Shown here in pieces: positions 16,814-20,000 of a stretch of DNA of 20,000 bases. Within the stretch, counting starts at the first letter, position 1, and every line of letters starts with the position of its first letter. The translations under genes were made by a program, and so were the position numbers. The notes below the pieces were generated by a model. It did not search any database and was not told where the DNA came from. It saw only the letters and a program-made list of their open reading frames with translations. Source of the DNA: an uncultured virus (IMG/VR IMGVR_UViG_3300009168_000043). Lineage: Duplodnaviria > Heunggongvirae > Uroviricota > Caudoviricetes. The stretch is from IMG/VR virus record IMGVR_UViG_3300009168_000043, one strand, 5' to 3'.

Positions 16814-16935
16814 ATTTATTTCTTTTATTGTATTTTTAATTCTGACACTATTTAGACACTTTCAGATGGTGTTTTATTGTAAATTCAATAGGTAATACAG
16901 CTTTAAAAAATAATTCGTCTGACACTTACAGAACA

Positions 16936-17451
16936 CTATTTGTATTTAACGAAAACACAGTGAATTATTCTATCATATGGTTTTTCTGAATTGTTTAAAT
17001 ATATTATTCCAATTCCCACTCTTCGTAAATACTCTAACTTAGAAGAAAACGTCACTTTGTGCCCGTTATCCATCTCTTCATCGAACATCGCATAAGCATC
17101 ATCAAAATCGAAGCCCATATCAAACAACAGTTCATCTGTTTCGGTGAATGTTGTTTCGGATGCTGAATAAATGTTGACACATATAAAATCTGATAAAGAA
17201 GAATCGCTGTACTCTTCAAAGACTTCTTTGTAATAATTCATCCTGTTTTTAATTTTATCGGATGAAGAGCTTTCGGAAAATCTTTCGAATATACTATCTA
17301 ATTTTTCAGCCTGCTCGTTAAACCTGTGCGGCCATCTTTTGTTAAGTTTGTGATACAATTTTAAGACGTTTGCCTCACCTATACCAATAGTGCCTAACGA
17401 CGAACCTTCTATATTCTGTTTTATCTCATTTATTATCAGTTTAGCTATCAT
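16936..17451 (-). CDS. NEIKQ-leader family protein (member 18)
   Basis: MIAKLIINEIKQNIEGSSLGTIGIG. Confidence 0.9.
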   Translation of the reverse strand: MIAKLIINEIKQNIEGSSLGTIGIGEANVLKLYHKLNKRWPHRFNEQAEKLDSIFERFSESSSSDKIKNRMNYYKEVFEEYSDSSLSDFICVNIYSASETTFTETDELLFDMGFDFDDAYAMFDEEMDNGHKVTFSSKLEYLRRVGIGIIYLNNSEKPYDRIIHCVFVKYK

Positions 17452-17455
17452 GTGA

Positions 17456-17965
17456 TTACTTATATTTTATAAAATAATTAAACAGCGTTGGAAGTTTTTC
17501 TCTAGTGTACGTAGGGTTAGGATACATCTCTAAATAGCCAATTCCAAAATAGCTGTTGTAGATTATCTGATAACTCCATTCATCTCCAAACATTCGTTCT
17601 GAATCACTAGAAAAAACCGATTTAACATCAGAATTATCAGATCCAAACATGTTAGCAAAAACACCATTCCTGTAATTTCCCATTTCAGTTAATGATATGA
17701 GCGAAAAATTTTCTATACTGCTATCTGTGATTGATTCTAACACAGATATATAAGAATTTAAAAAACCAGTATCTTTATTAGTATCAACAAGCTTTTGTCT
17801 GTATTTTACTAATAGATCCTCTAGAGTGTGCTTCGTACTGAAATCTTTATTAATCTTTTTTATAAGATCATATCCACGTAATATTGATGATTTTCCTATT
17901 CCGATTGCGCCCAACCCTGATGTTTCTATGTTCTGCTTTATTTCGTTTACAAATTTCGCTCTCAT
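17456..17965 (-). CDS. NEIKQ-leader family protein (member 19)
   Basis: MRAKFVNEIKQNIETSGLGAIGIG. Confidence 0.9.
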   Translation of the reverse strand: MRAKFVNEIKQNIETSGLGAIGIGKSSILRGYDLIKKINKDFSTKHTLEDLLVKYRQKLVDTNKDTGFLNSYISVLESITDSSIENFSLISLTEMGNYRNGVFANMFGSDNSDVKSVFSSDSERMFGDEWSYQIIYNSYFGIGYLEMYPNPTYTREKLPTLFNYFIKYK

Positions 17966-17978
17966 ATATTATATTTAT

Positions 17979-18503
17979 TTATATTCTAACGAAATAGTAA
18001 CTACACATTTTTTTATTTCCAGGAGTCATATCGGTCAAGATGATGTATCCGATCCCATCATTTATGTTTACGTAACACAAGAAACCTGCTGTCCATATTC
18101 TTTTTTCGTTGTAATACTCTCCATTAACTATCTTCTTAATTTCGTTTCTGTCCGGATTAAGAAAATGTTCACGAATGTAATCATTTATTTTTTTCGCTGT
18201 CGGATTGTTAATGTTTCCTACATCTTCTGGTAAGTTTAATACCACGTATTCATTCAAGTTTTCAAGGCCTTCGCTTATAACACGTATATGTTCACTCATT
18301 ACATCTTTAGTGGTTTTCACTGTTATAGATGATAAAAAGTTGTTCAGTATATCGTGCAGTACATCGTCTGAAACTATTCCAGGAAATAATTCATTCAACT
18401 TAACAGAAGCTTTCGTTAGATGACGTACACCTATGTCTAATCTTCCAAGAGATGAACCATCTACATCTTGTTTTATTTCGTTTATTATAAGTTTTGCTAT
18501 CAT
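17979..18503 (-). CDS. NEIKQ-leader family protein (member 20)
   Basis: MIAKLIINEIKQDVDGSSLGRLDIG; body resembles 16316..16813. Confidence 0.9.
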   Translation of the reverse strand: MIAKLIINEIKQDVDGSSLGRLDIGVRHLTKASVKLNELFPGIVSDDVLHDILNNFLSSITVKTTKDVMSEHIRVISEGLENLNEYVVLNLPEDVGNINNPTAKKINDYIREHFLNPDRNEIKKIVNGEYYNEKRIWTAGFLCYVNINDGIGYIILTDMTPGNKKMCSYYFVRI

Positions 18504-18505
18504 GT

Positions 18506-18985
18506 TTATTTTGTTTTTATGAAGTAAAAAGTATACTCTGCGAATTTTTTCTTTAATTCATCAATATAATATCCATGAACTTCTATGGCATTATATTTTA
18601 TGTTTAAATGAACGTTCCATTTTTCTGTTAACAAACCCAGTTTGTTATACCATTCACCACTTAACACCATCTCTGTATTATCAAAAAGAGAACTTATCCA
18701 TTGACTACACGTTGCACTTATATCATCATCATTTACATAGATTACTTCATCTTCAGCCCATCCTAATTTTTTCGTTATGTAATCATATACTTGCTGGTTG
18801 CTTGAGTTTTTATCATCCTCACTAATGTTATAGTTATAAAGAGTGTCAAACCCACTCAACTGATTCGGAAATTTTTTCTTTAAGATTTTATACACAAGAA
18901 TCATAGATTCTTTTCCTACACCAATTGCACCCAAACCCGAATTTTGAAGGTTAGTTTTAATCTCATTTACAAATTTTGCTCTCAT
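18506..18985 (-). CDS. NEIKQ-leader family protein (member 21)
   Basis: MRAKFVNEIKTNLQNSGLGAIGVG. Confidence 0.9.
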   Translation of the reverse strand: MRAKFVNEIKTNLQNSGLGAIGVGKESMILVYKILKKKFPNQLSGFDTLYNYNISEDDKNSSNQQVYDYITKKLGWAEDEVIYVNDDDISATCSQWISSLFDNTEMVLSGEWYNKLGLLTEKWNVHLNIKYNAIEVHGYYIDELKKKFAEYTFYFIKTK

Positions 18986-19432
18986 TTAACTGTTTAATAC
19001 GTATCTGTTATAGTTGTGTAAAAACTCATTTACCGTTCCCGCTCCAAGAGGCGTATTGTACCTCTTCTTCCAAAGTTCAGCATACCCTTGCACGTCTCTT
19101 GGCATCTTATCTGGAAATCTCCAGTACTGCATTCTAGCCATACATATAGAATATCTATCGTTTCTTTCTAACTCTAAAGAGTTAAACTGATTCAACCTGC
19201 TCCACTGTAATATCTTTGCACCCAAATCTTTGTGATACCTTAAAAAGTTATTAACAATATCGTTGTGAGTTCTTGGTTCCATCTGGAACACACCCAGTGC
19301 TGGACCGTTTCCAAGCTGTCTTCTGTATTTTCCGTAAGCGCTTTCTTGTGCCATAGTTCCAAGCAGAAGGTTTACAGCATCAGGACTGTAACATCCTATA
19401 AACTTTAAAGTTTCTGTTATAAGTTCTTTCAT
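18986..19432 (-). CDS. Putative lysozyme-like/lytic transglycosylase-fold protein (possible endolysin)
   Basis: LLLGTMAQES (catalytic-Glu-like), GPALGVFQMEP (G-x-x-Q motif) and C-terminal WKKRYNT resemble SLT/lysozyme-superfamily motifs in phage proteins. Confidence 0.65.
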   Translation of the reverse strand: MKELITETLKFIGCYSPDAVNLLLGTMAQESAYGKYRRQLGNGPALGVFQMEPRTHNDIVNNFLRYHKDLGAKILQWSRLNQFNSLELERNDRYSICMARMQYWRFPDKMPRDVQGYAELWKKRYNTPLGAGTVNEFLHNYNRYVLNS

Positions 19433-19444
19433 GACGTATTTATT

Positions 19445-19453
19445 TTATATATC
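19445..19453 (-). promoter_or_regulatory. Putative late-type promoter GATATATAA
   Basis: About 13 nt upstream of the 19432 ATG, at the head of the rightmost leftward operon; same motif as at 2391, 5116, 6782 and 12838. Confidence 0.5.
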
Positions 19454-19481
19454 GGTAATTTTGATACAAGAGAATTCCATC

Positions 19482-19543
19482 AGAAAAAGGTTTTACAGAG
19501 AGCTTATTTTCTTATATTATAATACTAAAGTATTTTTATATGC
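19482..19543. repeat. 62-bp perfect direct repeat, copy 1
   Basis: AGAAAAAGGTTTTACAGAGAGCTTATTTTCTTATATTATAATACTAAAGTATTTTTATATGC is identical to 19939-20000. Confidence 0.95.
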
Positions 19544-19650
19544 TTTCACTTCGTTCAAGTAATTTTGGTATGACTAAAAATAAAAAAGATTCGATCAATT
19601 CATCCTCTTTAATTAAAATTGCGTTAAATTGTGAAATGAATGAAAAAATG

Positions 19651-19661
19651 TATTATATTTG
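19651..19661 (+). promoter_or_regulatory. Bacteroidota sigma70-type -7 element (TATTATATTTG)
   Basis: TAnnTTTG match 20 nt upstream of the 19682 ATG. Confidence 0.65.
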
Positions 19662-19681
19662 TATCGTAAAATAAAAAAAAC

Positions 19682-19921
19682 ATGAAAAACGAATTTAAGC
19701 TTTATAGGGTCACACTAAGAGGTATGACTATTAACAGTACTGGGATAGCACACGGAGTAAGCATGGTAGTTGCAAAAAACTCAGAAGAAGCTTACACTAA
19801 AGTAAAAGAATATTTGGATCAAAACGATATAGGATTCAGTAAAGACAGGGAACTTGATAAGATAGAGCTTTTAGCTAGCACTTATGAGTATAACAATACG
19901 GGATGTATACTGTTTTTATGA
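19682..19921 (+). CDS. Hypothetical protein, 79 aa
   Basis: ATG with an A-rich leader and upstream promoter element; bracketed by direct repeats. Confidence 0.8.
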   Translation: MKNEFKLYRVTLRGMTINSTGIAHGVSMVVAKNSEEAYTKVKEYLDQNDIGFSKDRELDKIELLASTYEYNNTGCILFL

Positions 19922-19938
19922 TCGGTTTCTCTGGTTTT

Positions 19939-20000
19939 AGAAAAAGGTTTTACAGAGAGCTTATTTTCTTATATTATAATACTAAAGTATTTTTATATGC
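19939..20000. repeat. 62-bp perfect direct repeat, copy 2 (runs to the window edge)
   Basis: Identical to 19482-19543. Confidence 0.95.

Noticed and set aside
2064..18423. Short antisense ORFs over the family genes (for example 2064..2402, 2495..2716, 4495..4692, 9168..9422, 12185..12439, 16677..16895, 17826..18233)
   Set aside because: Their apparent shared motif (PIP...CFIS) is just the reverse complement of the conserved leader.
1892..18985. Diversity-generating retroelement or invertase shufflon as the source of paralog variation
   Set aside because: No reverse transcriptase or recombinase lies in the window, I saw no near-identical TR/VR pair with adenine-specific differences, and every unit is a complete gene.
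1892..18985. Leader as a Sec/lipoprotein signal peptide, type IV pilin leader or double-glycine bacteriocin leader
   Set aside because: It has no continuous hydrophobic core, lipobox Cys or G|F-xxx-E motif. There is no GG/GA end followed by a short core, and no peptidase-ABC transporter is present.
1..20000. Stop-codon reassignment, as seen in some large phages
   Set aside because: Genes are intact and densely packed under the standard code, and TAA, TAG and TGA all terminate genes at sensible positions.

Overview
This is most likely a segment of a large (jumbo-type) bacteriophage genome infecting a Bacteroidota host. Support: dense short hypothetical ORFs, no obvious Shine-Dalgarno sites, TAnnTTTG-type promoter elements, a stand-alone CarboxypepD_reg-like domain, and lysozyme-like and 3D-domain genes. 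No hallmark structural genes lie in the window, so the phage call is an inference. The dominant feature is an array of 21 paralogous genes (24 repeat units, three genes being tandem two-unit fusions). All begin with a conserved ~25-aa leader, M-[KR]-x(4-6)-[ILV]-N-E-I-K-Q-x(3-5)-[GAS]-L-x-x-I-G-[VI]-G, followed by a very divergent ~130-aa body. The leader resembles a T4-style capsid-targeting/prohead-protease (I/L-x-E) signal, and the array operons start behind a shared ATATATAA motif. A radical SAM/SPASM-type gene and a DxD glycosyltransferase-like gene sit inside the array. The left end (1-1600) is more GC-rich and holds three 101-bp-periodic promoter-like repeats and a palindrome-rich non-coding element. 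A perfect 62-bp or longer direct repeat brackets a small gene at the right end.
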